Source: Selaginella moellendorffii (Eukaryota > Plantae > Lycopodiophyta). Taken from it: a stretch of 64,000 nucleotides of DNA. Both the position numbers and the translations under genes were made by a program. The stretch covers positions 811,955 to 875,954 of the forward strand of contig NW_003314275.1 of NCBI RefSeq assembly GCF_000143415.4. The letters run 5' to 3'. The notes below the pieces were generated by a model. The model had not been told where the DNA came from and ran no database searches. It saw only the letters and a list, made by a program, of their open reading frames with translations. Shown here one piece after another: positions 62,479-64,000 of the stretch (its first letter is position 1; each line of letters begins with the position of its first letter).

Positions 62479-62700
62479 GTGAGCCATGGCCTGTCGCAAA
62501 ACCTAGGGTTTCAAAATAACCGAACATACCAATAGGTGTGGAGTGACCTTAAAGCCCGCCCCGGAAAGCAATGGCTGCGTCGGGAACTTTCCCGAACAGA
62601 TCTCCGAGAGGGTTGAAGCTTTTCAAAGTCGCGAAACTATGTTTGTCTTCTCAAAGCATTTCCTTGTCTATCGGAGGGAACATTTTGGTCCTTCGAGAAA
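62479..62700 (-). pseudogene. Second, more diverged METTL13 fragment
   Basis: gtgagcc.tggcctgtcgcaaaa and gaacagatctccgagagggttg.agcttttcaaagtc.cgaaact match 52622-52870. Confidence 0.65.
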
Positions 62701-62856
62701 AACGAAAGATCAAGCCAAGAACAATTATTCTTTCTAGATTGCATTTGCTTTTTCATTTGGAAAGCTGTCTGAGATAATTATTCTCCTGAATGTCCTGTGC
62801 TTAACCAAAAACTTCCAAACTAGAATAGATTTAAATTCTTGAAAATCATGCCAAAA

Positions 62857-63840
62857 TCAAACATGGCATAATCCTAGCACAAACCCAAATATATTTTGAA
62901 ACCCCCTACAAACCCTTTGAATATCATTTCTTCTCCATGTTTTTGTTTGGTAGTTGTACAAAGCCAAAAAATCTGGATGTGCAATCAAAAGTATGTTGTT
63001 ATAAGCCATACATACAGGTTCCACAATATCGTTCCATTGATGAGTAGTTTCTTCAACAAAACCTGTAGAATCCAGTTTCAATAAGTAACATGTAGACTCG
63101 GTTGCAGTTGTCACAAATAAGGATTTTGCTGTTACTACAAGGGTATCAAAGCAAAAATATTCATCTGTCATACGATAGCCACGATGGTCCCGTGTTATCA
63201 CAAGATTAGATAAGTTGCCATCACACAAATTTAGGCACCACACTTCAACATCCCCTGAAAACCTTGTGCAATATACATATAATTTGTTATCCCTAATAAT
63301 TGTATCAAATAACGTGTCACTATCCACCAGAACTTTGTTCCACATTCCTGTTTTTCCTGAATCATATATATAAATCATGACTCCTTGCTCCACCTCTCTA
63401 AGTACACAGGCCCAATAGCACTGTCCAAAGGAATCCATCCCCATTGCAGTCTCCTTAGAACATGGTTCACCATCCAAACAAAGTGGCGGGAGCATCTTAG
63501 ATGCTCCAGTGAGAGGATTCCAGACCATAAAATCTTTTCCTCTCATCCCAAGTATCAAACCACCGCTAGAGTTCAAAACACGATCCATGTTATGCTCCAT
63601 GAGAACCCAATCACTTGCTTCTTGCCCCGCAAAGGGATTGCATCTGAAAAGAGGCCCTTCACTATCCAGATCTTGACCCAAAACATGAGGAGGACTACGA
63701 TTCAAGTGTTGTCTGTAGTGAATAGCAGCAAATCCCGGTGTCTCTATGAGATCCTTCCATTTCTTGCACACGGCTCTCGCGCGCCACAAAGCAACTGCTG
63801 GCAAGTGCTTGAGCACCTCCTCAACTGGGATCCAATCCAT
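62857..63840 (-). CDS. F-box protein
   Basis: WIPVEEVLKHLPAVALWRARAVCKKWKDLI F-box motif; 327-aa intronless ORF. Confidence 0.88.
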   Translation of the reverse strand: MDWIPVEEVLKHLPAVALWRARAVCKKWKDLIETPGFAAIHYRQHLNRSPPHVLGQDLDSEGPLFRCNPFAGQEASDWVLMEHNMDRVLNSSGGLILGMRGKDFMVWNPLTGASKMLPPLCLDGEPCSKETAMGMDSFGQCYWACVLREVEQGVMIYIYDSGKTGMWNKVLVDSDTLFDTIIRDNKLYVYCTRFSGDVEVWCLNLCDGNLSNLVITRDHRGYRMTDEYFCFDTLVVTAKSLFVTTATESTCYLLKLDSTGFVEETTHQWNDIVEPVCMAYNNILLIAHPDFLALYNYQTKTWRRNDIQRVCRGFQNIFGFVLGLCHV

Positions 63841-64000
63841 GACTACCCTTACCTTGACCTAGCCTAAACGGCGATAGGGTTTCACCTTTCTTGCTTTAAA
63901 ACAAGGGAAAAGGGGAGAGAAGCCAGGAAAGGGTGCAAGCTGCAAGAATGCTGAAAACAACGACCGTGATCTGGATCACGAGCTTGCAAAGAGTTATATC

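Overview
Eukaryotic plant nuclear DNA. Very short introns, a CVNH lectin, PLS-PPR genes and compact gene spacing suggest a lycophyte such as Selaginella (inference). Positions 1-23689 are a nest of transposons: an old LTR retroelement (family B, minus strand) has a younger LTR element (family A) inserted in its 3' LTR and a 15.2-kb DNA transposon (5081-20269, perfect 22-bp TIRs, TTAT TSD) inserted in its internal region; that transposon in turn carries a family-A solo LTR. The DNA transposon encodes a Sola1-like DDD transposase (minus strand) and, divergently, a reconstructable ~1,600-aa multi-exon cargo protein: ParB/Srx-like domain, degenerate N4/N6 DNA-methyltransferase-like fold, acidic tract and FCP1-like HAD phosphatase. 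About 25 copies of a 22-bp palindrome (ATGGCRTG-N6-CAYGCCAT) are scattered through this element and I saw none elsewhere in the window. The ParB-like protein plus dispersed palindrome is the main candidate novel system. The rest of the window holds a decayed Ty3/gypsy relic; CYP450, DYW-PPR, DRM and kinase-like pseudogenes; genes for a DM13-DOMON-cytochrome b561 protein, a PPR protein, a CVNH lectin, two F-box proteins, METTL13 and a patatin; and two gene-associated inverted repeats.
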